Source: Paenalcaligenes sp. (lineage in GTDB: Bacteria; Pseudomonadota; Gammaproteobacteria; Burkholderiales; Burkholderiaceae_B). Taken from it: a stretch of 35,221 bases of DNA. Shown here piece by piece: positions 1 through 9,689 of this stretch; position 1 is the first letter of the stretch; each line of letters starts with the position of its first letter. The notes below the pieces were generated by a model. It did no database searches, was not told where the DNA came from, and was given only the letters and a program-made list of their open reading frames with translations. Location of the stretch: assembly GCA_035303295.1 (NCBI GenBank), contig DATGRU010000040.1:1-35221 (forward strand), read 5' to 3'. The translations under genes and the position numbers were made by a program.

Positions 1-63
1 GCTTTTTTTTGTCCAGTTATTCTTTCTCCCTTCCTTTGAGCCATTCGCCTGCTTTGTGCGGGC

Positions 64-99
64 AAAAAAATGCCAGACCGCATTGTGTGCGATCTGGCA
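64..99 (-). terminator. Intrinsic terminator after pyk
   Basis: Stem TGCCAGAcCGCA-ttgtg-TGCGaTCTGGCA (71-99) preceded by A7 on + (U-tract on -), about 40 nt past the pyk stop. Confidence 0.8.
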
Positions 100-138
100 A
101 GGTACTACGTTGCACCAGAGTGCATGCGCGGCAATTAC

Positions 139-1557
139 TTAGTCTGTAATGGTCGCTACGTGCAAGAGGTTGGTGCTTCCGCTATGACCAAAGGGTAGGC
201 CAGCAATAATGACAACCGTGTCGTTAACGTCAGCAAATTGATGACGTTTAGCGATTTCAGTTGCGTGCAATACCATTTGGCTTACGTCGGACACGTGTTC
301 AAAAGGTATAGCGTGTACGCCCCAAGCAATGGCCAGACGCCGAGCGGTGTTAAGGCTAGGGGTAAGGGCCATAATGGGTGCAGAAGGCCGTTCACGGCTG
401 GCTCGTAGTGCACTAAAGCCACTGGTGGTGTAAGCGATAGTGGTGGCGGGCTCTAGAATGTCAGTTACCCGGCGTAAAGCGCAACAGATCGCATCAGGTG
501 TGTTGGCTTCGGCAGGGATATGGCTTTGTTCTAGGCCTTTTGCCCATTCTGGATCACTTTCAATTTCGCGGATAATGCTGTCCATAATAGAGACAGCTTC
601 TAGCGGGTATTGTCCTGATGCAGACTCAGCTGACAGCATAACGGCATCAGCACCAGAGTAAATGGCGGTGGCGACGTCAGAGGCTTCGGCACGTGTCGGC
701 ACAGGGGCAGTGATCATCGACTCAAGCATCTGCGTGGCCACAACAACCGGACGGCCGTGGGTGCGGGCAGAAGTGATGATTTTGCGCTGTAAAACAGGAA
801 CAGATTGAGGTGGAACCTCAACACCCAGATCGCCTCGTGCAACCATGACGCCATCACACAGTCTGACGATTTCATCGAGATGCTCCATAGCGGAAGGTTT
901 CTCGAGTTTAGCCATAATCCATGCTTGGTCGCCGATGATTTCACGGGCTTCGATAATATCGGAGGGGCGTTGTACAAACGACAGCGCCACCCAGTCTACG
1001 CCAAGGGACAAACCAAATTTCAGGTCGTCCAGATCTTTGGGTGTTAAGGGTGAGATCGGCAGCAACACATCCGGTACGTTAACCCCTTTGCGATCGGATA
1101 ATGGCCCACCCACCACCACGGTGGTGTTAGCGTGGTCGGGGCCGAAACTGTCAACGCGTAAGCGTAGCTTACCGTCGTCAAGTAGCAAATTGGTGCCTAC
1201 CTCGAGTGCTGCAAAAATTTCGGGGTGAGGCAGGTTAACGCGTTCGGCGTTTCCGATAGCGGTATCAAGGTCAAGCCGGAATGATTGGCCAGCTTGTAGT
1301 TGGACTTTACCGCCCTCCAATTGACCTACGCGCAATTTAGGTCCTTGGAGATCCATCAGAACACCAATACTTCGTCCGCTTTCTTTTTCAAGGTCGCGAA
1401 TGATTTTTAGGCGTTCTGCATGATCGGCTTGTGTGCCATGGCTGAAGTTAAGGCGGAATACGTCTGCCCCAGCTTCAAAGAGTTCACGAATACGCTCGGG
1501 GGTAGAACTGGCGGGCCCCAAGGTAGCCAAAATGCGGGCACGTCGCTGTCGTCTCAT
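139..1557 (-). CDS. pyk: Pyruvate kinase
   Basis: 472 aa; motifs ATLGPAS, RLNFSHG, DLQGPKLR, AKLEK, MVARGDLGVE, ATQMLESM, PTRAEASD. Confidence 0.97.
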   Translation of the reverse strand: MRRQRRARILATLGPASSTPERIRELFEAGADVFRLNFSHGTQADHAERLKIIRDLEKESGRSIGVLMDLQGPKLRVGQLEGGKVQLQAGQSFRLDLDTAIGNAERVNLPHPEIFAALEVGTNLLLDDGKLRLRVDSFGPDHANTTVVVGGPLSDRKGVNVPDVLLPISPLTPKDLDDLKFGLSLGVDWVALSFVQRPSDIIEAREIIGDQAWIMAKLEKPSAMEHLDEIVRLCDGVMVARGDLGVEVPPQSVPVLQRKIITSARTHGRPVVVATQMLESMITAPVPTRAEASDVATAIYSGADAVMLSAESASGQYPLEAVSIMDSIIREIESDPEWAKGLEQSHIPAEANTPDAICCALRRVTDILEPATTIAYTTSGFSALRASRERPSAPIMALTPSLNTARRLAIAWGVHAIPFEHVSDVSQMVLHATEIAKRHQFADVNDTVVIIAGLPFGHSGSTNLLHVATITD

Positions 1558-1570
1558 ACTTTATCCTTTG

Positions 1571-1981
1571 TTAGTCTTCGGCCTCAAGCAAGGCTTTGAT
1601 GCCAGCTTGGGCAATTTGAGCATCTTCAGAGGCTTTAACCCCTGAAACACCTACGGCGCCAATCAGAGCGCCATCTATGAGAATAGGTTCGCCACCTTCA
1701 AGTGTAGAGATAGGCATTGCCAAACCTGCGGTGCGACCGTTATTCACCATATCTTCGAATACTTTGCTGGGTTTGCCACTTAGCGCGCTGGTGCGAGCTT
1801 TGTCAGGAGCAACCATTGCGCTCATGGTGGGCGCGCCATCTAGACGTTGTAGCCACAGCAAGTGGCCACCGGCATCGCTAATAGCAATGGAAACAGCCCA
1901 GTTGTTTTTTAGGGCTTCGGCTTCGGCGCCTTGAGCAATGCGTTTTACGTCGTCTAGAGTAAGTTGCTTAATGGTTCTCAT
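1571..1981 (-). CDS. GlcG/HbpS-family (putative heme-binding) protein
   Basis: 136 aa; VSIAISDAGGHLL, KARTSA, GGEPI, IGAVGVSG..ASEDAQIA are typical of the GlcG family. Confidence 0.88.
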   Translation of the reverse strand: MRTIKQLTLDDVKRIAQGAEAEALKNNWAVSIAISDAGGHLLWLQRLDGAPTMSAMVAPDKARTSALSGKPSKVFEDMVNNGRTAGLAMPISTLEGGEPILIDGALIGAVGVSGVKASEDAQIAQAGIKALLEAED

Positions 1982-2022
1982 GAGTTGTTCCTTATGTTGT
2001 GTGAGTGGCTAGTTGGCGCTAG

Positions 2023-3285
2023 CTACAGAATTAATAAGGCTCGGAAATCATTTACGTTAGTCAGGGTTGGACCCGTGATGACGGAGTCGCCCAGTGCTTC
2101 AAAGAAGCTGTGACCGTCGTTGTTATCCAAGCTGTCGCGCGGATGGATTTTCTTATCCCAAGCGCGACGAAGGGTGTCTGGTGTGCAAATGGCCCCGGCG
2201 ATTTCTTCCTGACCATCTACCCCATCGGTGTCACCCGCGATGCCGTACACATTATCGGCACCATTCAGGGAGACTGCAACGGACAGCAGAAACTCAACGT
2301 TGCGCCCACCTCGGCCTTCACCACGCACCGTGACGGTGGTTTCACCACCGGATAGCAAGACACAAGGCGCCTTCACAGGTTGGCCGTGAGCGCGCACACT
2401 AAGGGCGATACCGGCCATAACTTTACCTACATCACGGGCTTCGCCTTCAATGCTGTCACCCATCAGTACAGGGGCAACGCCGGCTTTTTCAGCGACTTCG
2501 GCAGCAGCCAGCAGGGCTAGCTGTGGGGTGGCAATGAGGTGTGTAGTGACGTTAGCTAAGCGAGCGTCATCGGGTTTGATGGTTTCCCCTTTGCCCGACT
2601 CAAGGAGTTCTCGAGCCCCGGCGGGAATATCAATGTTGTAGCGACGAATAATATCGAGCGCATCCGCGCAGGTAGTGGGATCGCCAACGGTAGGGCCAGA
2701 GGCTATATCCATTGGGTTGTCGCCGGGCACGTCGGAAATCAGTAGGTTCACAACTTTAGCAGGGTGACATGCTGCGGCGAGGCGACCGCCTTTAATGCCT
2801 GATAAGTGACGGCGTACGCAATTCATCTCGGTGATGTTGGCGCCGGACTTTAACAGGGCACGGCTGATGTTTTGTTTGTCCTCCAACGTGACGCCTTCAC
2901 CGGGCAGGGGCAATAACGATGAGCCGCCGCCAGAGATTAAGCAAATGACAAGATCGTCCTCGCTTAGGCCGCCTACTGTTTTTAGTAAGGTTTTGGAGGC
3001 TTGCAACCCAGCGTCGTCGGGCACTGGGTGCGCGGCTTCAATAATGGTGATGTGTTCGCAGGGAACTGAGTGGCCATATCGCGTGACGACAGTGCCTTCT
3101 AGAGGACCATCCCAGTTTGCTTCGAGCACGCGAGCCATCTCGGCAGACGCTTTACCCGCACCAATAACAATGGTGCGACCTTTAGGCGGTTTGGGAAGAA
3201 ATGGGGGAATACAACGTTCGGGCTGTGCTGCCTTGATGGCGGCATTGAACATGTCCTCAAGCAATTTGCGCGGCGCGATAGTCAT
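2023..3285 (-). CDS. Glycerate kinase, MOFRL/TtuD type (glycerate 2-kinase)
   Basis: 420 aa; GAGKAS, EAAHPVPD, LISGGGSSL, IASGPT, SGGETTV, GRGGRN, DTDGVDG, TGPTLTNVND. Confidence 0.93.
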   Translation of the reverse strand: MTIAPRKLLEDMFNAAIKAAQPERCIPPFLPKPPKGRTIVIGAGKASAEMARVLEANWDGPLEGTVVTRYGHSVPCEHITIIEAAHPVPDDAGLQASKTLLKTVGGLSEDDLVICLISGGGSSLLPLPGEGVTLEDKQNISRALLKSGANITEMNCVRRHLSGIKGGRLAAACHPAKVVNLLISDVPGDNPMDIASGPTVGDPTTCADALDIIRRYNIDIPAGARELLESGKGETIKPDDARLANVTTHLIATPQLALLAAAEVAEKAGVAPVLMGDSIEGEARDVGKVMAGIALSVRAHGQPVKAPCVLLSGGETTVTVRGEGRGGRNVEFLLSVAVSLNGADNVYGIAGDTDGVDGQEEIAGAICTPDTLRRAWDKKIHPRDSLDNNDGHSFFEALGDSVITGPTLTNVNDFRALLIL

Positions 3286-3441
3286 GTGGCAGGCTCCTTC
3301 TACATTCTGCGAATACGTATTGGCAATAACTTGATATGGTGGTTTGCGTATGCACAGCTTGGCTGAAGCAAGGCGGTGCAGGGTGTTCTTATTATTAGGG
3401 GGTACTGATCACAAAAGGAACGTAGCCTTTAGGTGGCAGTG

Positions 3442-3469
3442 AAAAAAAGCGGGCTGTAGCCCGCTTTTT
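3442..3469. terminator. Intrinsic terminator between glxR and glycerate kinase (A/T tracts on both sides)
   Basis: AAAAAAAGCGGGCT-GT-AGCCCGCTTTTT, 13 nt beyond the glxR stop. Confidence 0.85.
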
Positions 3470-3482
3470 ATGTGACTAGAGC

Positions 3483-4367
3483 TTATTGACCAATTTCAAA
3501 ATTAGCCATGATCTCGAGTGCACGAACCAGAGCGGAGTGGTCCCAAGCTGAGCCACCGTGTGCCGCGCAAGAGTTGAAAAGTTCTTGTGCGATGGCGGTG
3601 TTAGGCAGGGAAACACCAACTTGACGTGCTGTGGTCAGTGCCAAGTTCAAGTCTTTCTGGTGCAGTTCGATGCGGAAGCCTGGGTCGAAAGTACGTTTCA
3701 CCATACGCTCGCCGTGTACTTCTAGTACGCGGGAGTTGGCAAAACCACCCATCAATGCTTCGCGAACTTTAGCTGGGTTAGCACCGGCTTTAGCAGCCAA
3801 CAACAGTGCTTCGCCAACAGCTTGGATGTTCAGGGCCACAATGATTTGGTTAGCTACTTTAGTGATTTGACCATCACCGTAACCACCAACCAGAGTGATG
3901 TTTTTACCCATGAGCTCGAACAAAGGCTTAACGGTATTGAAGGTTTCCTCTTTACCGCCAACCATGATCGTGAGCGAAGCAGCTTTAGCACCTACTTCAC
4001 CACCGGATACAGGGGCGTCGAGGTATTCAGCACCGAGTTCGGTGATGCGCTTAGCGAATTCTTGAGTAGCAACAGGAGAAATCGAGCTCATGTCGACAAC
4101 GATTTTGCCTTTGCTTAAGCCAGCAGCTACACCGCCTTCACCGAAGAGTGCTGCTTCAACGTGAGGGGTGTCAGGCACCATGGTGATGATGATGTCTGCT
4201 TGTTTAGCAACTTCAGTTGAGCTTTCGCAAACAGTTACGCCTGCATCTACAACGCTTTTAGGGGTGTCGCCCAGCGTGTAGGTGTACAGTTCGTGACCAC
4301 CGTTAGCGAGGTTAACTGCCATGGGCGCGCCCATGATACCCAAACCGATAAAACCGACTTTAGCCAT
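3483..4367 (-). CDS. glxR: Tartronate semialdehyde reductase (2-hydroxy-3-oxopropionate reductase)
   Basis: 294 aa; GFIGLGIMG, DAPVSGG, KVANQIIV, FDPGFRIELHQKDL; lies downstream of gcl-hyi. Confidence 0.95.
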   Translation of the reverse strand: MAKVGFIGLGIMGAPMAVNLANGGHELYTYTLGDTPKSVVDAGVTVCESSTEVAKQADIIITMVPDTPHVEAALFGEGGVAAGLSKGKIVVDMSSISPVATQEFAKRITELGAEYLDAPVSGGEVGAKAASLTIMVGGKEETFNTVKPLFELMGKNITLVGGYGDGQITKVANQIIVALNIQAVGEALLLAAKAGANPAKVREALMGGFANSRVLEVHGERMVKRTFDPGFRIELHQKDLNLALTTARQVGVSLPNTAIAQELFNSCAAHGGSAWDHSALVRALEIMANFEIGQ

Positions 4368-4412
4368 AATAAAAACTCCAGAATGAATGTTATTTGAACG
4401 AAAGTGCGTTAT

Positions 4413-5192
4413 TTAGTTAGCGAGAGCTTTAATCCAGCCCAAGCCTTCGTTAGTGTTGCCTGCAGGCTTGTATTCGCAACCAATCCAACCATCGTACGAT
4501 GTGGCATCAATAAACTTGAATAGCCACTCGTAATTGATTTCGCCTGTACCGGGCTCATTACGGCCAGGGTTATCGGCCAATTGGATGTGAGCGATGCGAG
4601 GCAGATGCTTTTTAATGGTGTTAGCCAATTCACCTTCCATGCGCTGAGCGTGGTAGATGTCGTACTGGATAAACAGGTTGTCGGAACCTACCTCGTCGAG
4701 CAGCTCAGCTGCTTGTTCGGTGCGGTTCAAGTAAAAACCGGGAATATCGAAGGTGTTGATAGGCTCAACCAACAGACGAATATTGGCTTCTTTTAATTTG
4801 GCTGCAGCAAAGCGCAAGTTTTCCACAAAAACTTGTTTTACTTTGTCGGCATCGACGCCTTGCGGGGTGATACCGGCCAAGCAGTTCACTTGCTTGCAGT
4901 TAAGAGCGGTGGCGTACTCAATAGCACGGCCAACGCCTTCTTGGAATTCGTCAACACGATCTGGCAAGCAGGCAATGCCGCGCTCGCCGCCAGCCCAATT
5001 GCCGGCTGGCAGGTTGTGTAATACCTGCGTAAGACCGTGCTTTTGCAGCAATTCTGCCAATGTGTTTTTATCGAAATCGTAGGGGAAGAGGTATTCAACA
5101 CCTTTAAAGCCTGCGTCAGCAGCGGCTTGAAAACGCTCTAAAAAATCGACTTCGTTAAATAGCATAGTCAGATTGGCGGCGAATTTTGGCAT
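4413..5192 (-). CDS. hyi: Hydroxypyruvate isomerase
   Basis: 259 aa; MPKFAANL, GFKGVEYLFPY, EPIN, QYDIYH, HIQLADNPGRNEPGTGEINY, GWIGCEYKP. Confidence 0.96.
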   Translation of the reverse strand: MPKFAANLTMLFNEVDFLERFQAAADAGFKGVEYLFPYDFDKNTLAELLQKHGLTQVLHNLPAGNWAGGERGIACLPDRVDEFQEGVGRAIEYATALNCKQVNCLAGITPQGVDADKVKQVFVENLRFAAAKLKEANIRLLVEPINTFDIPGFYLNRTEQAAELLDEVGSDNLFIQYDIYHAQRMEGELANTIKKHLPRIAHIQLADNPGRNEPGTGEINYEWLFKFIDATSYDGWIGCEYKPAGNTNEGLGWIKALAN

Positions 5193-5218
5193 AGTGAAAC
5201 TCCTAAATTAAACGCAAA

Positions 5219-7000
5219 TTATTCGGTTGGAAGTGTGAGAGTCGCAGTAGGTGCGTCGGACGCAGAAGCGGCAATCTCTTCGAACTCGTTAACGTTGGAT
5301 AGCTCGGTACCCATCGCAATATTAGTTACGCGCTCGAGGATCAGCTCTACAACAACGGGCACTTGGAACTCTTTAATCCACTTACGAGCTTGCTCGAAAG
5401 CGGGTTGGATTTGATCTGGTGAGTGTACACGGATTGCTTTCACACCCAAGCCTTCAGCAACAGTGATGTGATCTACACCGTAGCCTTCGGTTTCAGGCGC
5501 GTTGATGTTATCGAACGCCAACTGTACGCAGTAATCCATGTCGAAGCCACGCTGTGCCTGACGGATCAGGCCCAGATAGGCGTTGTTAACCAGAACTTGA
5601 ATGTAAGGTAGCTTGAATTGTGCGCCGACGGCCAGTTCTTCAATCATGAACTGGAAGTCGTAGTCACCAGAAATGGCGACTACTTCAGCTGTTGGATCAG
5701 CCGCTACAACACCCAGTGCAGCGGGTACTGTCCAGCCCAAAGGACCTGCTTGACCGCAGTTGATCCAGTTGCGTGGCTCGTAAACGTGCAAGAACTGTGC
5801 GGCAGCGATTTGCGACAAACCAATGGTGCTAACGTAACGAGTGTTGCGACCAAATGCTTTGTTCATTTCTTGATAAACGCGCTGAGGTTTCATCGGCACG
5901 TTATCAAAGTTTGTTTTACGCTGCATGGTGCGTTTGCGTTCTTGACACTCGGCAACCCATTCGCTGCGGTCTTTTAGCTTGCCCGCAGCTTTCAGCTCTT
6001 TGGCTACGTCGATCAATAGTTCTAAGGCGACACCGGCATCGGACACGATACCGAAATCTGGGCCGAAAACGCGACCGATTTGGGTGGGTTCAATGTCGAT
6101 GTGCACGAATTTACGGCCTTTGGTGTACTCTTCAACGGAACCAGTGTGGCGGTTTGCCCAGCGGTTACCAATACCAATAATGAAGTCGGATGCCAGTACG
6201 TTTGCATTACCGTAACGGTGTGATGTTTGCAGACCAGCCATACCTGCCATTAATTCGTGGTCGTCAGCAATGGTGCCCCAGCCCATTAGGGTAGGAATAA
6301 CAGGCACGTTGACGAGTTCGGCGAATTCTTGCAGTTTGTCGCTGGCGTTTGCATTAATAACGCCACCACCGGATACGATCAGCGGACGCTCGGCGGCGTT
6401 CAGCATTTCGATGGCTTTAGCAGCTTGTGCGCGTGTAGCGCTTGGACGATATACTTCCAGCGGTACGTAGGTGCTGATATCGAATTCGATTTCGGCCAGT
6501 TGTACATCAAGTGGCAAGTCGATCAGCACAGGGCCGGGACGGCCGGAGCGCATAACGTGGAATGCTTGTTGGAACACGTAAGGAACCAGCGCAGGCTCGC
6601 GTACGGTAACAGCCCATTTGGTTACAGGCTTAGCGATGGATTCAATATCAACCGCTTGGAAGTCTTCTTTGTAGAGACGAGCGCGTGGTGCCTGACCTGT
6701 GATACACAGAATTGGGATTGAATCAGCCCAAGCCGAGTACAGTCCGGTGATCATGTCGGTACCGGCAGGGCCAGAGGTACCAATACAAATACCAATGTTG
6801 CCGGGGGCTGCACGGGTGAAGCCTTCGGCCATGTGGGAGGCACCTTCGACGTGGCGTGCCAGAATGTGATTGAAGCCGCCATCTTTTTTCATGGCAGAGT
6901 ACAGTGGGTTAATGGCAGCACCGGGCACACCAAAAACGGTAGAAGCGCCTTCCGCGCGTAACACAGCAGCAGCGGCGTCAATAGCTCTCATTCGGGCCAT
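5219..7000 (-). CDS. gcl: Glyoxylate carboligase
   Basis: 593 aa; [44 protein letters not shown] motif GDYDFQF...NN. Confidence 0.97.
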   Translation of the reverse strand: MARMRAIDAAAAVLRAEGASTVFGVPGAAINPLYSAMKKDGGFNHILARHVEGASHMAEGFTRAAPGNIGICIGTSGPAGTDMITGLYSAWADSIPILCITGQAPRARLYKEDFQAVDIESIAKPVTKWAVTVREPALVPYVFQQAFHVMRSGRPGPVLIDLPLDVQLAEIEFDISTYVPLEVYRPSATRAQAAKAIEMLNAAERPLIVSGGGVINANASDKLQEFAELVNVPVIPTLMGWGTIADDHELMAGMAGLQTSHRYGNANVLASDFIIGIGNRWANRHTGSVEEYTKGRKFVHIDIEPTQIGRVFGPDFGIVSDAGVALELLIDVAKELKAAGKLKDRSEWVAECQERKRTMQRKTNFDNVPMKPQRVYQEMNKAFGRNTRYVSTIGLSQIAAAQFLHVYEPRNWINCGQAGPLGWTVPAALGVVAADPTAEVVAISGDYDFQFMIEELAVGAQFKLPYIQVLVNNAYLGLIRQAQRGFDMDYCVQLAFDNINAPETEGYGVDHITVAEGLGVKAIRVHSPDQIQPAFEQARKWIKEFQVPVVVELILERVTNIAMGTELSNVNEFEEIAASASDAPTATLTLPTE

Positions 7001-7079
7001 TCGAGTCTCCTAGGGAATCGGATCTAAAGGAATTTAGTTGTATTCATGATAAAGAGAGTAGGGCTAGCTTAGAAATAGT

Positions 7080-7114
7080 GATAGCATTGTTTCTATCGAT
7101 ACTTGGAGTATTGA
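7080..7114. promoter_or_regulatory. Two adjacent dyads in the gcl/LysR divergent region; probable regulator binding sites
   Basis: GATAG-N8-CTATC (7080-7097) and TCGATACT-TGG-AGTATTGA (7096-7114); the second covers the GGAG SD just before the LysR ATG. Confidence 0.5.
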
Positions 7115-8029
7115 ATGAGCCGATATACAGAAATTAGAAGTTTTGCTTTAGTCGCCGAAAAAGGCAGTTTTGCAGCAGCCTCCGTAGTCGAGGGTGTAAC
7201 TCCAGTTGTCATGGGGCGTCGTCTTGATGCCTTAGAGAAACGTTTGGGGGTGCGTTTAATGCACCGCTCAACACGTGGGCTAACTTTAACTGACTTAGGC
7301 GAGCAGTTTTTAGAGCAATGCCGTCAGATACTTAAAGACTTTGACGAGGCGGAAGCCAGCATTAGTGCACAACGTAAAGTGGTGCGTGGACACCTTGTGG
7401 TGTCGGCCCCAGCTGCCTTTGGGCGCCGCCATGTGGCGCCGCATGCCCTACAGTTTAAAGAGCGTTACCCCGAATTAAAATTATCCTTTAATTTTACCGA
7501 TGGGGTAGTGGATTTGGTGCGGGAAGGCTATGACATGGCCATTCGCATCGGCGAGGTCACCGACCCGAACTATGTGGCGGTTAGGCTGTCTCCAAACCAA
7601 CGAGTGGTGTGCGGTACGCCCGATTATTTCGAGCGTTATGGCATTCCTAGAGTGCCAGAAGATTTGGTTCGGCACAATTGTCTAGCATTCAATTTGCAGG
7701 GCGGGCAGCAGCGCGGTTGGACCTTCATGCGCGATGGTAAGCCTTTTGCTGTGCGTGTGGACGGCGACTTAGATTGTAATGATGGTGAGCTGTTATATGG
7801 CTGGGTGAAGCAGGGTTGGGGGATAAGCTGGCGCTCCACGTGGGAAATTCAGGCTGAATTAAAGCGTGGCGAGCTGGTTACCGTGCTTGATGACTTCGCT
7901 CTGCCCAGTTATGACATTCAAGCTGTTTATCAGCAGCAACGTTATCTGCCCGCAAAAGTTCGCCGTTTTATTGATTACCTGCGCAATATTTATAACAAGC
8001 CGGGGTATTGGGAAGGCGACGCAGTGTAA
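7115..8029 (+). CDS. LysR-family regulator (CrgA-like), probable regulator of the gcl operon
   Basis: 304 aa; N-terminal HTH (GSFAAAS...LEKRLGVRLMHRSTRGLTLT), VDLVREGYDMAIRIG, PAKVRRFIDYL; divergent from gcl. Confidence 0.93.
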   Translation: MSRYTEIRSFALVAEKGSFAAASVVEGVTPVVMGRRLDALEKRLGVRLMHRSTRGLTLTDLGEQFLEQCRQILKDFDEAEASISAQRKVVRGHLVVSAPAAFGRRHVAPHALQFKERYPELKLSFNFTDGVVDLVREGYDMAIRIGEVTDPNYVAVRLSPNQRVVCGTPDYFERYGIPRVPEDLVRHNCLAFNLQGGQQRGWTFMRDGKPFAVRVDGDLDCNDGELLYGWVKQGWGISWRSTWEIQAELKRGELVTVLDDFALPSYDIQAVYQQQRYLPAKVRRFIDYLRNIYNKPGYWEGDAV

Positions 8030-8110
8030 AACATATCACGTCGTGCTTGATGAAAGTAGGGTGTGATTCGCTATCTTTAGTATCGACTCTTATATAAGAT
8101 AGCTGAGTGC

Positions 8111-8193
8111 AAAAAAAGAACCGCGGTGTTCGTTTTCTTCCTTTTAAACTGTCAAAACAGTGGGGAAGCTAAAACGGCACCGCGGTTCTTTTT
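8111..8193. terminator. Long interrupted hairpin with A/T tracts; probable bidirectional terminator
   Basis: AAAAAGAACCGCGGTG...CACCGCGGTTCTTTTT outer stem with inner CTTCC/GGAAG and ACTGT/ACAGT stems; lies between the convergent LysR and permease genes. Confidence 0.7.
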
Positions 8194-8199
8194 ATGGGG

Positions 8200-8238
8200 T
8201 AAATCACGCGTTTAACGAGTCGCTAGACGCGTGATTTA
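8200..8238. repeat. Inverted repeat / hairpin in the permease 3' UTR
   Basis: TAAATCACGCGT...ACGCGTGATTTA, perfect 12-bp arms. Confidence 0.7.
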
Positions 8239-8258
8239 AGTCGCCTGTAGCTGTGGGA

Positions 8259-9689
8259 TTAAGATTGCTGGGCAGCGACTGGGGTTTCAGTGTTCGTCTC
8301 GACTGTTTTTTTTTGTGGCGCAGCTTTAGTGACAGGCTGCATGCCGTTAAAGAACAGGTTCAACACAATGGCGGACACGGCAGCCAATAAAATACCGCTG
8401 TGCAGTAGGGGGGCTAAGGCCTCAGGTAGTTGTACGAACAGGTGTTCGGCCACCAGAGGGATCATGCCAAAGCCCAAGCTAATCGCGATAATGTACGGGT
8501 TGTGGCGGTTGGTGTTAAGGTCGGCAGACAATAAAATTTTAATGCCTGTTGACGCTACCATACCGAACATAACGATACCTGCACCACCTAGTACGTAAAG
8601 TGGAATGGAGGCCACAACAAAGGCCATTTTTGGGAACAGGCCTAAGGCGATTAAGAAGAAGCCGCCCATCACGCAAACCCAGCGGCTGCGAACGCCCGTT
8701 ACGCTAACCAAGCCCACGTTCTGCGAGAAAGAGCTGTGTGGGAAGGTATTTAGAATACCGCCTACCAAGGTGCCGAGTCCGTCGGTACGTAGACCACGCA
8801 CCAAGTCTTTGCGGGTTGGGGGTTTCTCGCAAATCTCGCCTAGGGCGATGAACATGCCTAACGACTCCACCATGATCACAATCATGATCAGTGAGATCAC
8901 GGCCGCGGCACCAAAGTTAAAGGTGGGCATACCGAAATAAAATGGGGTAACAACGGCTACCCACGAGGCTTCGCTGATGCCTTCGAAACTGATGCGGCCC
9001 ATGGCAAGGGAGATTAAAAAGCCTGCTACCAGACCAATTAACACCGCCACATTGGCTAAAAAGCCTCGTGCGTACTTGGTAATAAACAGAATAATGACCA
9101 GCACTGTAAAGGCAATCGCCAAATTCTCGAATGAGCCGTATTCCGGATTGGGAATCATCTGACCCGTTGCATCAGGAATCATGGGTCTGCCACCGCCTAC
9201 CCAGTCTAAACCCACACGCATCAGTGTGACGCCAATCACAGTGATGATGGTACCGGTAACGACAGGGGGAAACAGACCCATTAGCCTGCTGAAAACAGGA
9301 GAAATTAAAATACTGAACAAGCCGGCCAGAATACATGCACCAAATATGCCGGTAAGGCCCAGCTCGGGATTCGTGCCGATAGCAATCATGGGGGTTACCG
9401 CAGCAAACGATACACCCATCATCACGGGCAAGCGAATACCGAATATGCCTACGCCCCAAGCTTGGATTAAGGTAATGAGGCCGCAGCAGAGCAAGTCGGC
9501 ATTAATTAATATGGTTATTTGTTCTTTGGTTAAGCCCAGCGCATCGCCAATAATCAGCGGTACGGCTACAGCGCCGGCATACATAACCATTACATGCTGC
9601 AAACCCAAAGTGGATAAGCGGCCCATTGGCAATACTTCATCAACGCTTGCGCCAGGCACGGTTGATTTTGCCGTTGTCGAATCTGACAT
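8259..9689 (-). CDS. NCS2/NAT nucleobase:cation symporter, uric acid/xanthine (UacT-like)
   Basis: LGLQHVMVMYAGAVAVP, GIRLPVMMGVSF, NAT motif SFSQNVGLVSVTGVRSR, VLGGAGIVMFG; start moved to ATG 9689, which follows an AGGAGA SD (476 aa). Confidence 0.92.
   Translation of the reverse strand: MSDSTTAKSTVPGASVDEVLPMGRLSTLGLQHVMVMYAGAVAVPLIIGDALGLTKEQITILINADLLCCGLITLIQAWGVGIFGIRLPVMMGVSFAAVTPMIAIGTNPELGLTGIFGACILAGLFSILISPVFSRLMGLFPPVVTGTIITVIGVTLMRVGLDWVGGGRPMIPDATGQMIPNPEYGSFENLAIAFTVLVIILFITKYARGFLANVAVLIGLVAGFLISLAMGRISFEGISEASWVAVVTPFYFGMPTFNFGAAAVISLIMIVIMVESLGMFIALGEICEKPPTRKDLVRGLRTDGLGTLVGGILNTFPHSSFSQNVGLVSVTGVRSRWVCVMGGFFLIALGLFPKMAFVVASIPLYVLGGAGIVMFGMVASTGIKILLSADLNTNRHNPYIIAISLGFGMIPLVAEHLFVQLPEALAPLLHSGILLAAVSAIVLNLFFNGMQPVTKAAPQKKTVETNTETPVAAQQS

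Noticed and set aside
8306-8314. T9 homopolymer in the permease as a phase-variation tract
   Set aside because: It lies in the last 20 codons (QKKT), so slippage would alter only the tail
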